From the NCBI RefSeq assembly GCF_009914755.1, contig NC_060931.1: a DNA stretch of 64,000 nt; one strand, written 5' to 3'. Both the position numbers and the translations under genes were made by a program. Numbering within the stretch: the stretch's first letter is position 1; the number at the start of each line of letters is the position of its first letter. Shown here piece by piece: positions 14,001 through 27,309 of this stretch. This DNA comes from the human T2T-CHM13v2.0 reference genome, Homo sapiens. The notes beneath the pieces are model-generated. The model saw nothing but the letters and a program-made list of their open reading frames with translations. It did no database searches and was not told the origin of the DNA.

Positions 14001-17000
14001 TTCCAGAAGTACAGTGTGTGGTCAATAGTATCAAATATTACAGATAGATAAGTGTAAAAGAGGATGACATACTTGCCATTAGATTCTATCACAGAGGAAT
14101 CTTTAGTGACCTTTGAGTGTTTCAGTACTGTGGGCTTAAGACTGCCCGTATATGTGAAGGTGAAGGTGTGGGAAAGGAGGAGGAAAGGAAACTAGTTTGC
14201 AGAAAATAAGGAGGTTGTAGGCAAAGTAGAAATGAAAGTGATGTAAGTGCACCAGTTAGAGTTTAGAAATGAGGCTGCATTCCAATAAAAATGCAGTGGA
14301 ATAAAAGCCAGAAGGGACAACTGAGTTAACTAAATTTGGGGTAGGGCTGTTTTGTCGAGAAGGGGAAGACATAGGTATATATGATGGCAAAAAAGAAAGA
14401 TCGATCAATATATTGTTATTACCAAGCTGCTCATAAATCTTTGGATTCTAATTCTGGGTAACTCTAGGAAAAATTGCTACCATTAGCATTAACAATTCCT
14501 AGTGTTTATTCCATCTTGACAGACAATTCCTTGATCTACTGTCTGCCTCCTGGAGCTGTCCCTGCTATTTGGTACATTTTGAAGCACAGGGAGAGTTGCA
14601 TTATGTGTTGTAGATGGATGATTCTGTTTTCCCTGCTGACCATGGAAGAATCTAGATGGAGGGTGCAGAGTGATACCAGGCAGAGGTCTTATAAGAAACC
14701 AGGATTATTGGCCCCTCTTTATTCCCATTTTAAATTTATTTGTTGGACCAGAGGTTCTAAACCATTTTCTTTATTGAATACATTGGGAATATCTGAACAA
14801 GAAAATTTGAAGTAAATGAATAACAGTAGTATTCCTAAGAAGCACTTACTTAGATATACTCTTTCCCTTTTGGGGTAAATTTATTTTTCTATTCATTGTG
14901 CATGCTGCTTTGAGCATTTGCCCCTTATTTGGTGAAATCCTCCTTTTGGAAAGTGTACCGTCAGTTATTATCTACTCACAAAGGAGGGAGGATGATGTCA
15001 TTGAAAACCATTTATACTTGTGGATTTACATAAATGCAGAATGCAAATAAAATAACATTTTCTGAATAGTTCCCTGTACATTTTCACTTAGGAAGAAAAT
15101 AAAAATTGTAGATTTCTGTTATTTTTTTCTTCTGTAGACTAGAGATAATTTGGAGTAACTAATCTGAGTGTCTTTACTCAATTATTTGGCTTGCTTCTTG
15201 CAAGAGGCACATTAATGATAGAAATTGGAGGGGTCATTATAATTAGAAGAGCAAAGAAGAACCATAGAGTGCTTTGCTTGTAAGAATCACCTTTTGTTGT
15301 TGGAAAAATTGCATTGTAACATTTTAATTTCAGAGTCAAATCAGTCATCCTTGTTTAGATATAATCCTCTGACCATGTAGGATAGTGTTTCTCTCTGCCC
15401 TTCCACCGAACTTCCTGCTGCAAATCTGCTTTCACTTGCACCCCACTGTGTGGATTCACAGTGCTGTGAGCAAACAGCTTCTGATTATTTTACATGCAGA
15501 GAGTGAGGGAGAGAGTCAAAGAGGGAGAGAGAGAAGAAGGAAAGAAAGAAGGAATGAATGAAAAATTCTTTATAGGGTTACTATAGGCCCACAAATATGT
15601 CTGAGGTATATGATTTGGTCAAGGCCCATCAGGCTGTTTTGCCCTAGCTATGCTCCTTCTAAAAGATACATATCTTGGCACAAAATTGCCACCTTAAGAT
15701 TGTGAAATACTGCTTCTGCCATTGTAGGACTAAACTTTCTGGATGAAACACTCAGCCTGAGCATATTTCTGCGCAAACATGTTTTCTTAGGCACATTTTA
15801 TAAGTGAGGACTGGGGTGCAGTTAGGAGTTCCCAGAAAGTACATCACTGGCCCTGTCAAGAACTAGCTCTACATCCTGACTTCCCCCTAATCAGCTCCCG
15901 AAAATGCCAAAAGGGAGGGGGAAAGGTGGATGAATGTGAGAACCCGACATGAAAACTGTGAGAAGCTCCTGGGGTGACAGAGGGAGTTAGGCTGGATGTG
16001 AGAGTGCAGCCCAGAGCAGAGGGCCCTCCTGTGTTCTGCATCAGAGCCACCTGGGAAGAGCTTGCTAGCTTCGGTGGAAAGCAATAGAAACATACATGCA
16101 AGACCAGCCCTCAAACCTTCTTTCCTCCTTCTCCCCTTCTGTTTTCAATATGCCATGGGATAGGTGATTACAATTCAGAGAGGTAGCTTTTGACAAAGAG
16201 CAGTTTCATTGGCCAAGCTATTGGAAGATTTTGTGTTAGGCTCTCTAGTTGGTGGTAGGGAGAACAAGCAGAGTGAGTGATAGAGTATGAATTATAACAC
16301 TAGAGATATTCTTTGAAGAGAGTCTTCTCCCCAAGGCCAAATATACTCTGATGGGTACAGATAGGGTCTAGGTGTTTGCTGCTTCCACTTGGAAATGTTA
16401 CCAGCCAATGTAGCAATTCTTTGAGGCACAAGCACCATGAAGGAAGATAAACTGAACAATCTGTACTAAATGAAGCACTGTTAATGTATCAGATAGAACA
16501 AGCATGTTTAATCATAATAAAAATTTTCAAGGAAATAGGGAAGATTATTGGGAATAAGAAAGAGACACAAATCATTATAAGAATGAGTCAGTGAAAAACA
16601 CTAGGCATAAAATATGAGAGTTGAAATAAAAACTGATTATATCTGAAGATGAATTAGTGAACTAACAGATCAGTTAGGGAACTCTGTCGGGAAGCAGTAG
16701 GCAGGAAAATGCAAAAGGAAAGGTAATAAATACAGAGGATAGAAGTTTTAAAAAAGCTGGGATTTGTTCAAGAGTCTTGAGAAGAGGTAATGAATAAATA
16801 GAGGAAAAGAAATATTTCAGGAGATAGTGAACAAGATAATGATAGTAAGATGGAGGAATGCATCAAGGAACAATAATTTTTCAGACTTAAATATAAAAAA
16901 CCTTAGAGTAAAAAGACTCAGGAACTGGTAAAATAGAATGATGAAAAAATGAAATCACACCTATGCTTAATATGCTAACATATAAGATCATCAAGGAGGA

Positions 17001-17699
17001 AAGAAAAAGTCTACACGCTTTCAAAATGGGGGTGGGGGGACAACGGAATAGGGGATTCTAACTACAAAGGAAGAAGAATGAAATTACCATCATGGACATT
17101 AAATGACTTAATACATGTAAATTATTTGAACACTCCCTTGTATATACTAAGCATTCTGTTAAGTGTTAACTATTATTATCAAACTTCTCAACAGCAACCC
17201 TAGGTGGAAGAAGGCAATAGAGTAGTATTTGTATTACTGGTTAACACAAAGTGTTAAAGGAAAAAGTCTTTGAAGTTAGTGTTTTATGTTCTCAGTGATA
17301 CATGGCTGAGACAATCTATAACATAAGATTATCTTTAAGACACCCTTGGACAAATATTTTCAGTAGAAAGAGAAATTGCTCTTGGAGGATGCTAAGAGAT
17401 ATATAAGGAGTAAAGTTTGATTTCCTACTGAAATTCAAGGATCAGGAAGAGAAAGGAGATACATCTAATTAATATAATTCCAAACTAAAATTCTATGTGA
17501 TATTAAAATGACCAGAAACAGGGTGACCAGAGAATAGTGAGGACATGTTAAGTCACCTATTTTCTTGGAAGGGAGAGAATGGCAGTTATAGATATACGAA
17601 TTTATGACAAAAGCATCAGTTTTAATAAATTGTTAATGAAAAATAAAAGTATATAACTTTCAAACCAGCTGAAGAAAATCTTGTATTTCTGAGGAACTT

Positions 17700-18000
17700 G
17701 GGAGCCTTAGCCTGGAAATCTCTTTAAAAGCAGAATATGAGACAAGGGCTTTTATATAGATAGTTTATTTTGGAAAGCGATCCCAGTGAACAGGAGTGGA
17801 GAAGAGAGTGAATGAAACAGGGAAGGAAAGGAGGAAAAACTAACACAAGGATGCATTAAGGAACTGTGGAAAATGTTTCTCACAATTTTCTTCCCAAGGG
17901 TTGATAAAGGGAGGCGTATTGAATAATAAGCAAGAAGCAAGAGCTGTAAGATGCAGGTGAGGCAGTGCTGTCAGGTTATACCAATGAAAAGTTGATCACC
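17700..18000 (-). mobile_element. ERVL LTR fragment (LTR33/LTR16-like)
   Basis: 'aagcagaatatgagacaagggc...tagtttattttggaaagcgatcccag' resembles the antisense 3' end of LTR33/LTR16 LTRs. Confidence 0.5.
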
Positions 18001-18850
18001 CCAGGAAGGCCTGGAGTAAGAGGAAGGAAGAGTGTGTGCAGGGCACAAGAGATAGCTGATACAATAGAGAAAAAAGAAGAAAGAAAATGCAGAAAGAATG
18101 ATAAGAGAACACATAAAATTATATAGTAGAAATTTGTCCTAACAGAATAATAATTATAATAAATATTCACAAATCAAAAGACATAAATATTCAGGCTGGG
18201 TAACAGAACACAATTGAGCAATGTGTCTTTTAAAAAGATAGATTTAAAATAAAAAGATTCAAAAAAAATTAAAAATAAAAGATAAGATGTATCAGGCAAA
18301 TAAGAAAGCATTAAAAGTTGGGCGAGGAAGCCAGAGTTCCTAAGATGATTCTCAGTAATTGACCCACAAAGAGTCTGAAGTAAGCAATGATTTAAAAGAT
18401 TTAAGCAACATAATAAATTTGAACTAATATTTATAGATTTGTATACCCATCAAACAAACAAAAATTCGTATTCTTTTAAAGTACAAATGGAACACACAAA
18501 AATTGATTATGCCACAAAGGAAGAAAATTCTTCAACAAATTCCAAAAATTCAGCATCACACAGACTACATTTGCTGCACATAATGAAATGAATTTAGGTG
18601 GTAAAAATGCAAAACAATCACTCTAGCAATGACTTATGTGAGGAAACCAAACATATATATAATTAAATAACTACATACATACATGCATATATATAACTAA
18701 ATACATACATATATTACATACATGCATAAATGCATATATATCTACATAAATACATATAACTAACTCTTAGGTTAAAGATTTAATCATAACAGAATGTATA
18801 AAATACATAGAAAGCACCACATATCAAAATTTCTGGGATACAGCTTATGG

Positions 18851-19290
18851 TGTGAGGCCTGAAATTAATATTCAATACTATATGCTGCCTTGACATCTGA
18901 AACGAGAGGACCTCAAAAGCCTAACCATGAGTTTTCCTGCTCTCACCAGATATGCTGTACCACCCAGTGGGAAAGACTCCCCACCTAGCCAGTTCATCAG
19001 TCAGCTAGACCAGCAGATAGATGCTGCACCCCACCTAGTCTTTAACCAAATGGGTTTCACTCCCCTACCAGCCCATGAAGTTATTCAAACAAGCCAATCA
19101 CATCCTCCTGTGGGAACCAGGGGTCACCTCACCCTCTCGCTGCTATAAAGCCTGCCTCCCACGTCCCTGCTTGTTCACTCTGTCCCCTAGGGTAACTCTC
19201 TGTGGCTCAGCATGATGTGTGGTGTGCTCTCCAAGGCTGTGATGACATGTGACTGACATACTGCTGTCAATCTCATCTCTCCAACAAGAT
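18851..19290 (+). mobile_element. ERVL solo LTR (LTR47-like)
   Basis: Starts 'tgtgaggcctgaaattaatattcaatactatatgctgccttgacatctg'; contains CCAAT (~19094) and TATAAA (~19144); GC-richer island inside an L1. Confidence 0.65.
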
Positions 19291-22128
19291 GAGTAGGAGG
19301 CCATCAAAGTATAGCTAATGTGGAATATAGAAGAAATTTAAAAGATTTAAATACATTTATTATGAACACCAAGAAAGTCTGAAAACAAATGAGCTGAGAA
19401 TTCAACTGAGAAAGCTAGAAAAGGGGCAAGAGAATAAACTGAAAGGAAAAGGGAGAAAAAATAGTGGATAAAGAGGGAAAAAAACCTAATGAAATAGAGA
19501 GTAACAATGATAAAACCTAGGTAAAATATATAAATTTTGAGAAAAAACATAAAATGTATAATTGGCACAAGAAGAAATAGAAAAGTTTAATGGACCAATG
19601 CAATGAAATATTTTATGGTAATCAAAGCATTTTTACAATTTTGGAGTTGAGTTTTACCAAATTGTTACAGAACTGTTAAATTTTATATGAGTTATTCCAG
19701 AAAATAGAAAAAGAGGAAAAGCTGCCTAAGTAATTTTGTAAAGCCAGTAAAACCTTGATTTCAAATCCAGATGAAAAGAGTGCAAGAAAAAAAAAAGTAG
19801 GTCTATTTCACTTATGAACATAGATGAGAAAATTATAAATTAAACTATTAGCTAATGGAATCAAACAGTGTATATTAAAAAACAATATCATAATCAAGCA
19901 TAATCTTGGGAATGCAAAGATGATTTAACATGAAAATATGTATTAAGAGACTAAAAGAGAAAAGGTCTATATTATTCAAATACCTATGGAAAAAGAATTT
20001 GATAAAAACTACTGAAAAGACCTATTATTTGAAATAAACTCTTTTCCCTAGGTGAAGCCTATCTGTTAAAAATTTCTAGTCAGCATTATACTTAATAAAG
20101 AAACTTTGAAGGTTGGCTGCTATAATCACCATTGTTTGATATGATATCAAAAGTCCTGGCCAAACAACATTAAAAAACAAAATAAGAGACGTGGGATTAG
20201 AAAGAATCAAACAACTGCCATTTCTTATATCTACATGAAAAACTCAAAGGGATTAGTAGACAAAATATTAGGAGGATTAAGAGAGTTTAGCAAGTTTGCC
20301 AAACAAAATCAGTTTAAAAAATTCAACCACCAATAATTAGCAAAAAACATTACTACAAAGAAGACACCATGTATAGTAACAACAAAACTATGGTGCCTAG
20401 GAGGTAACTTGTGTGTAATGCACAAACCTTCATGGAAAATTTTTAAACTCTATTAAAAAAGAAGAAAAAAAATCTGAGTAAATAGAAAGATGAAATGTTT
20501 GTTGCACGACAATGTAACCTTTTTTCTCCTACTATTGATTTGAAATGTTAATAAGATTCTAGCAGGATGTTTTTAGAAATTTAACCAACTTAATATAAGA
20601 TGTACATAGAAGAATAAAAGTTCCCAAATGCTAGGACAATTTTGAAAAAATAAGAGCAAAGCAGGTTGATTAATCTTAGACTTTGACACACCATTGACTC
20701 TTAGTAATGGAGACAACATGGTATTTGCACAAAGATAGACGAATAGACCAGTATAATTGGACAGAGTGTTTGTAAACAGACTCCTGTACATATCAAACCT
20801 GGTGTATGATTGCAAAGCATCACAAATTGGTGGATAAAAATGGATTTTTAATATATGATGCTGGCTAATCTGGTTTACTATATAGAGAAAAATAAAGTGA
20901 CTGTATTTTACATCATATGTAAAAGGTGAACTCCAAATGAATTAAAGATGAAAAAGTACAAGGCAAAACTAAAAAGCTAATAAAATAAAATTTAAAAGAC
21001 TATTTTCTAATTTAATATTGAGGAACAACTTCTTGGATCAAAGAAGCACAAAAAATACTGACCCAAACTGATGGCTACAACTATGTAAAATTTAAGAGTT
21101 TATCTTCATTGAAGGGCACCATACGCAAGGCTAACAGAGAGGTCATTGGAAGAAAATATTTGCTAGCCCCAAAACTGGAATAAACAAACACTTCCTAGAA
21201 ATTACAAAAATGAAAACACAGAGGAAAAAAAAAACATGGCTACAGAAGTGATGCACGAAATGGAAAATCCAAATAGTTAATGGGTATGTGAAGAGATGTC
21301 AACCTCACTAGTAATCAGGGTGGTGGGGAGGGGGTGAAGAAGCAAATTGTATCATGTTTTACTAATGAGAGAGGTACAAATTAGATGGGACAATACCAAG
21401 TGTTGGTGAAATCTGGGAGGAAACAGGAATCCTAGTGCTGCTGGTAGGGATGGAAACAGGAATAGCCATTTGGGAGAGTAATCTGTCATTACTTATGTTA
21501 GAGAAAACTATGTATTTGTACACATCTACATGCATATGTATATAAACATATAAATTATATGCATATATTTTCTCTATTTGGTGACCTATCAGTCACACCC
21601 CTGAGCTTATACCCTAGAAAATATTTTCACAGACCCATAAATAGTCACATATGAGGATATTCATGTGAGGTGGTATGTGTAAAAGTGACTTAGAGGCAAC
21701 CTAGATCCAATCAATAGGAAATGTATAAATAAAACGTAGCAGATGCATATTATTTGGAATTCCATACGGTAGTTAGAAGCAATACACTAGATGTACATAC
21801 AGCAACTGGATAGATTTTTAAAAATTGTGTTAGGTTACCAAAGCAGTGGACATATTAATACAGTTTTCAAAGATATATGCATATCAAAGGATATAATTAC
21901 ACAAATTAAGAGTGACTATTAGAGTGGCTGTCTGTTGGTGGAGTGGGCATTGGGGTTGAAAGGGGGAGAATTAGAAGTAAATCAAGACAGAAGAGCTGCC
22001 TAGATCCAAGGACCCAAAAGTGTCATGCATACAACTATGTTTCGGGAGTCCAGGAGGAAAAAAAGAATCCCCAATGCCTAGTTGTCTAATTGTTCATACA
22101 AATTATCCCATAATCCCCGAGTACAGGA

Positions 22129-22131
<3 letters not shown>

Positions 22132-22167
<36 letters not shown>
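22132..22167. repeat. (AC)18 microsatellite
   Basis: Direct reading. Confidence 0.97.
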
Positions 22168-22169
<2 letters not shown>

Positions 22170-23429
22170 AAAGAGCCAAACCAGGCAAAACTGTTTTTAA
22201 AGCCTTACCTGGAAGTGTTTATTTTTATATATAACCACTAGTCAAATCAATTAAAGCAGTTGAAAACTGGCTTGTGCTTTTATTTGCTTCTTCTCCTTGG
22301 AATTCTCTGCACAGTAAGCACCCCACTCCATCACTTTACTCCCCAACAACTTTAGAGAATCAGTAATATCAAATGCTGAAAAGTAACTTGCAAAACCCAG
22401 ATATAATTCAAATTAATTTAGTCAAAATGTATCCACTTTTTGTATCAAACCTTTTTTGCACAGGTTAATTGAAGAATCTAATTAAGCAGCAATTTTGACT
22501 ACCGGATTGCCAACATGAAATTAAACTCAAAACTTCTCCTCTTGCTCAATGTTTAAATTCTCATATGAAACGTCAAGAAGATGTTTCATCTACATTATTG
22601 AAAGAGAAAGCTCAGTTTCCAAGCAGAATTTAACTTCCCAAGAAATTGAAAAAATATAATGTTTAGCTGGAGTACTGCTACGCTCCAAACAATCCCACTA
22701 AAAGTACCCAAATGTTAATAGTTAATATTTATTCAGAATTTACTAAATTCCATGCAGTAGCTAAGCATCTCACATATACCTCATGAAGTGGTATTATTTC
22801 CTTGGTTTCCTTTTTTCAAGTGAGGAAACCAAGTTTTAAAGATGGACAGTATTTAGTTGAAAATTACATAGCAACTAAATTGCCAAAATGATAAAAGAAA
22901 AACAGGTTTAAGAGGTATTTCCTCTTTCTCATAGGAAATGCTTTGTATATATCTGTAATGGGGCAGATAAGTAGATTCTGAATTTCAAGGGTTAATACTA
23001 GGTAGAAAGTGGGTGATGTGATGAGACACGCCTTTTCCTGGTAACAGGCAAGGTGCTACTCTCCTTCTGATGAACTTGCTTACCTGCCCGATATTTTTGG
23101 CCTACATAGTATATGCTTTTTCTGTTCTCTGGAACTCACAGTATAATACCTCAGTTCATTTGCTGTCCAAATCAAACATCAATGCACAGTCAGCCTGGAG
23201 GACCTGCTGTGGCTCTGTTACTAAGTTCTGTTTTCACTTAAGAGAAAAGAACATCTTCAGTGACCCTTATTTTCCAAGAAGTATTTGTCAAAACTCATTG
23301 TGCAAGAAACTCTTTGGCATCTGTTTCCAAGGTCAGTAACTCTTACTCAGTCATGACAGTCCATCATTCTCTTTCTTTTTTTTTATTCTTTTATTGTCCT
23401 TCCTACCTTTTTTCTTTCCTTCTTTTCTC

Positions 23430-23496
23430 CCTTCCTTCCTTCCTTCCTTCCTTCCTTCCTTCCTTCCTTCCTTCCTTCCTTCCTTCCTTCCTTCCT
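23430..23496. repeat. (CCTT)n tetranucleotide repeat, polypyrimidine mirror tract
   Basis: About 16 perfect CCTT units. Confidence 0.97.
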
Positions 23497-23834
23497 ATCT
23501 CAAGACAGGGCAGGCAGTTTCTATTATATATACGAACTAAACTTTCTTAAGAAGCAAGATTGCCTATGAAAAATTGGCAAGAAGTCATGATAGTTAAAAC
23601 ATTAGTGTATATACTAAAAAACAACAACAACAAAATACTAAAGCAGGAAATAAGAGACTGGTTCCTAACCCTCTTGCAGTTTCTCTGATATTCGGCAATT
23701 GACCCTTTTGAGCCTCTGTTTTGTCATCTGTAAGACGACTGTATTGGACAAATGATTTCTAATGTCCCTATTAAAATTTAATGTGGTCCTGGCCAACTGA
23801 ATGCGTAATTTGAAACAAAATGGAATGAGACTGG

Positions 23835-24036
23835 CTAAGAAAACGCTGAGGATACAATATATGAAGGCTAACTATGTATCAGCACAGCAAATGTGACCTA
23901 AGCGTCATGAAGGATAACACGATAATGAGAAAGTCAAAGGTAGGAGGCTCTGGGCCTAATAATAAGCACTTGTGATTCTTAAATTTGGGTTAATTAGTTT
24001 GCATCACAATGTAATCCTTTCATGATGGATGGTTGT
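23835..24036 (+). repeat. Copy A of a ~200-bp local direct duplication
   Basis: About 86% identical (about 28 differences in 202 nt by hand alignment) to 27310-27510. Confidence 0.9.
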
Positions 24037-24627
24037 AGCCAGCGCTCCTCTAGAAAGAGGAGCTGATGCTCTAATTCTCAAAAAATTTTACCTGGTGTCT
24101 TAAATGTGATTTTTAGCATTATTGGAATGACAGACTTCTTGGAGAATCTGTTAAAACCTAGGCCCTCTACTCAGAAAAAATGCAAATATGCACATACATT
24201 ATTTTACATGAAAGTTTAGTAGTTTGTAGATTTCAAAACTTCAGCCTCCAAGTTAGCAGCCTTAGGTTTTAAAGGTCTCTATGTCATCCAGAGGGTTGGT
24301 TAACTGTTTACGCTGTAGTTTAAATATTTATGAACCAACTCATTCATTCATTCATTCATTCATTCATTCAATCTTTCAATAAATGTGTATTGACTGTAGG
24401 TACTGGAAATCCAAAATTGAAATACACAATCCCTGTCTTGGGACTTTGAGGGGGTAAGGGTGGGAGAGTATCAATTGGAGCAGTATATACCTAGGGCAAG
24501 ATTTCTCAGCCTTGGCACTAGCCTTGGCACGAGCCAGATGATTCCTTATTGTGGGGTCTGTCCTGTGCATTGAGGGAGGTTTAGCAGCATCCCTGGCCTC
24601 CACCCACTAGACGCCAGCATTACCCCC

Positions 24628-27001
24628 TGTATTAATCTGTTCTCACACTGCTATAAATAAATACCTGGGACTGGGTAATTTATAAAGGAAAGAGATTTAA
24701 TTGACTCACAGTTCCACATGGCTGGGAGGCCTCAGGAAACTTACACTCATGGCAGAAGGCAAAGAAGAAGCAAAGGCACAGTCTTACATGGCAGCAGGTG
24801 AGAGTAAGTGTGTGTCAGCACAGGAAAAATTACCACTTATAAAACCATCAGATCTCATGAGAATTCACTCACTATCATGAGAACAGCATAAGGGAAACTG
24901 CCCCCATAAGTCAATCACCTCCCACCAGGCCTCTCTCTAAACACTTGGGGATTAAAATTCAAGATGAGATTTGGGTGGGGACACAAAGCCAAACCATGTC
25001 ATTCCACCCCAGCCCCTCCCATGTCTCATGTCCTTACATTTCAAAACCAATCATGCCTTCCCAACATTCCCCCAAGGTCTGAACTCATTTCAGCATTAAC
25101 TCAAAAGTTCAAGTCCAAAGTCTCATCTAAAACAAGGCAAGTCCCTTCCACCAATGAACTTGTAAAATCAAAAGCAAATTAGTCACTTCCAAGATACACT
25201 GGGGGTACAGGCATTGGGTAAATACACACATTCCAAATGGGAGAAATTGGCCAAAACAAAGGGGGCTACAGGCCCCATGCAAGTCTGAAACCCAGCAGAG
25301 TAGCCATTAAATCTTAAAGGGCTGAAATGACCTCCTTTGACTCTGTGTCTCACATCTGGATCATGCTGATGCAAAAGATGGGCTCCCACGGTCTTGGGCA
25401 GTTCTGCCCCTGTGGCTTTGCAGGGTACAGCCCCCCTCTTGGCTGCTTTCACAGGCTGATGTTGAGCGTCTGCAGCTTTTCCAGGCACACAGTGCAAATT
25501 GTTGGTGGATCTACCATTCTGGGGTCTGGAGAATGATGGCCTCCTTCTCACAGCTCCACTAGGCAGTGCCCCAGTGGGGACTCTGTTTGGGGGCTCCAAC
25601 CCCACATTTCCCTTCTGCACTGCCCTAGCAGAGGTTCTCCATGAGGGCTCCACTCCTGTAGCAAGCATCTTCCTGCATATCCAGGCATTTTTATACATCT
25701 GCTGAAATCGAGGTAGAGGTACCCAAACCTCAATTCTTGACTTCTGTGAACCCACAGGCCAAACGCCATGTGTAAGTTGCCAAGGCTTGGGGCTTGCACC
25801 CTCTGAAGCCATGGCCCAAGCTGTACCTTGGTCCCTTTTAGCCACAACTGGAGCTGAAACAGCTGAGACACAGGGTGCTATGTCCTGAGGCTGCACAGAG
25901 CAGTAGGGGTCCTGGAACATGAAACCATTTTTCCTCCTAGGCCTTTGGGCCTGTGATGGGAGGGGCTGCTGCCAAGATCTCCAACATGCCCTAGAGACAT
26001 TTTTCCCATTGTCTTGGTGATTAACATTCAGCCCCTCATTACTTATGCAAATTTCTGCAGCCAGCTTGAATTTATCCCCAGAAAATGGGTTTTTCTTTTC
26101 TATCACATCATCAGGCTGCAAATTTTCCAAACATTTATGCTTTGCTTCCCTTGTAAACATAAGCTCCAATATCAAACCATCTCTTTGTGAATGCATAAAG
26201 CTGAATGCTTTTAAAAGCACCCAGGTCACCTCTTGAATGCTTTGCTGCTTAGAAATTTCTTCCACTAGATACCCTAAATCATCTCTCTCAAGTTCAAAGT
26301 TCCACAGATCGCTAGAACAGGGGAAAAATGCCACCAATCTCTTTGCTAAAGCATAGCAAGAGTGACCTTTACTCCAGTTTCCAATAGTTTCCTCATCTCC
26401 ATCTGAGACCACTTCAGCCTGGGCTTCATTGTCCATATCACTATCAGCATTTTGGCTTGAACCATTCAGTGAGTCTCCAGGAAGTCCCAAAGTTTCCCAC
26501 ATCTTCCTGACTTCTTCTGAACCCGCCAAACTGTTCCATCCTCTGCCTGTTACACAGTTCCAAAGCCGCTGCCACATTTTCAGGTATCTTTGTAGCAGTA
26601 TCCTACTCTTTGTGGTATGAATTTACTGTATTAGTCTGTTCTCACACTGCTACAAAGAAATACCTGAGACTGGCTAATTTATAAAGGAAAAAAGTTTAAT
26701 TGACTCACGGTTCTGTGTGGCTGGGGAGGCCTCAGGAAACTTACAATCATGGCTGAAGGCAAAAGAGAAGCAAAGGCATGGTTTTACATGGCAGCAGGCG
26801 AGAGTGAGCATGTGTCAGCACAGGAAAAACTACCATTTATAAAACCAAAAGATCTCGTGATAATTCACTCACTATGATGAGAACAGCATGAAGGAACCAC
26901 CCCCATAATCCAATCACCTCCTACCAGATCTCTCCCTAAACATCTAGGGGATTAAAATTCAAGATGAGATTTAGGTGAGGGCACAAAGCCAAACTGTATC
27001 A
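24628..27001 (-). mobile_element. Complete THE1 (THE1D-like) MaLR provirus: LTR 24628-25001, internal 25002-26626, LTR 26627-27001
   Basis: Two ~375-bp direct repeats with TG..CA ends, ~1.6-kb THE1 internal region, 5-bp TSD CCCCC (24623-24627 and 27002-27006). Confidence 0.95.
25183..26577 (-). CDS. THE1/MaLR internal ORF (Gag-related), 464 aa, uninterrupted; expression unknown
   Basis: Translation follows the recalled THE1-int ORF (MWQRLWN..., NADSDMDNE.QAEVVSDGDEE, DLWNFELERDDLGYL.EEISKQQSIQEVTWVLLKAF, RVPTGALPSGAVRR). Confidence 0.55.
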   Translation of the reverse strand: MWQRLWNCVTGRGWNSLAGSEEVRKMWETLGLPGDSLNGSSQNADSDMDNEAQAEVVSDGDEETIGNWSKGHSCYALAKRLVAFFPCSSDLWNFELERDDLGYLVEEISKQQSIQEVTWVLLKAFSFMHSQRDGLILELMFTREAKHKCLENLQPDDVIEKKNPFSGDKFKLAAEICISNEGLNVNHQDNGKNVSRACWRSWQQPLPSQAQRPRRKNGFMFQDPYCSVQPQDIAPCVSAVSAPVVAKRDQGTAWAMASEGASPKPWQLTHGVWPVGSQKSRIEVWVPLPRFQQMYKNAWICRKMLATGVEPSWRTSARAVQKGNVGLEPPNRVPTGALPSGAVRRRPSFSRPQNGRSTNNLHCVPGKAADAQHQPVKAAKRGAVPCKATGAELPKTVGAHLLHQHDPDVRHRVKGGHFSPLRFNGYSAGFQTCMGPVAPFVLANFSHLECVYLPNACTPSVSWK

Positions 27002-27309
27002 CCCCCTTTCACAGCTGAGACACCCAAAATATCACCAGACATTGCCAAATGTTCTCTGAGGGAAAATCACCCCTGCATGAGGACCACTGACCAGGGGAAA
27101 GAGCCTCTAAATCTCTCAGCATAAGGTAGGGGAGGATACATAAAGCAGCAAGCAATGGAAAGAGGCCTGAAGAAGGCTGGACTTCCTTACTCCCACTTCT
27201 GGAAGGATTTTTAAAAGCACATTCCTGGCTTCTCTCTGCCCTTTTACTTGCTCTGGCCCAGTGAAAATAAAATGATTTGCCTAATTGGTAAGTTTGCAAA
27301 GAGCATTTA

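Larger units (their letters stand above)
16500..21960 (+). mobile_element. Very old, long degenerate L1 (L1ME-like) with nested MIR and LTR insertions
   Basis: A-rich sense strand with remnants of ORF1 and ORF2 ('tttcacttatgaacatagatg', 'gggaatgcaaagatgatttaacat') and an L1M 3' end; no intact ORF. Confidence 0.75.
24494..27090 (-). mobile_element. MER20 (hAT-Charlie) split by THE1D: halves at about 24494-24627 and 27002-27090
   Basis: 'gcagcatccctggcctccacccactagacgccagc' on the left and 'ccagacattgccaaatgtt...gggaaaatcacccc...gaggaccactg' on the right join into MER20. Confidence 0.88.

Noticed and set aside
18640-18765. TA/CA-rich quasi-periodic stretch
   Set aside because: Degenerate (TACA)n/(TA)n low-complexity sequence inside an old L1.
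24506-24529. Short tandem duplication agccttggcac(t) within MER20
   Set aside because: Ordinary slippage-type micro-duplication in a dead element.
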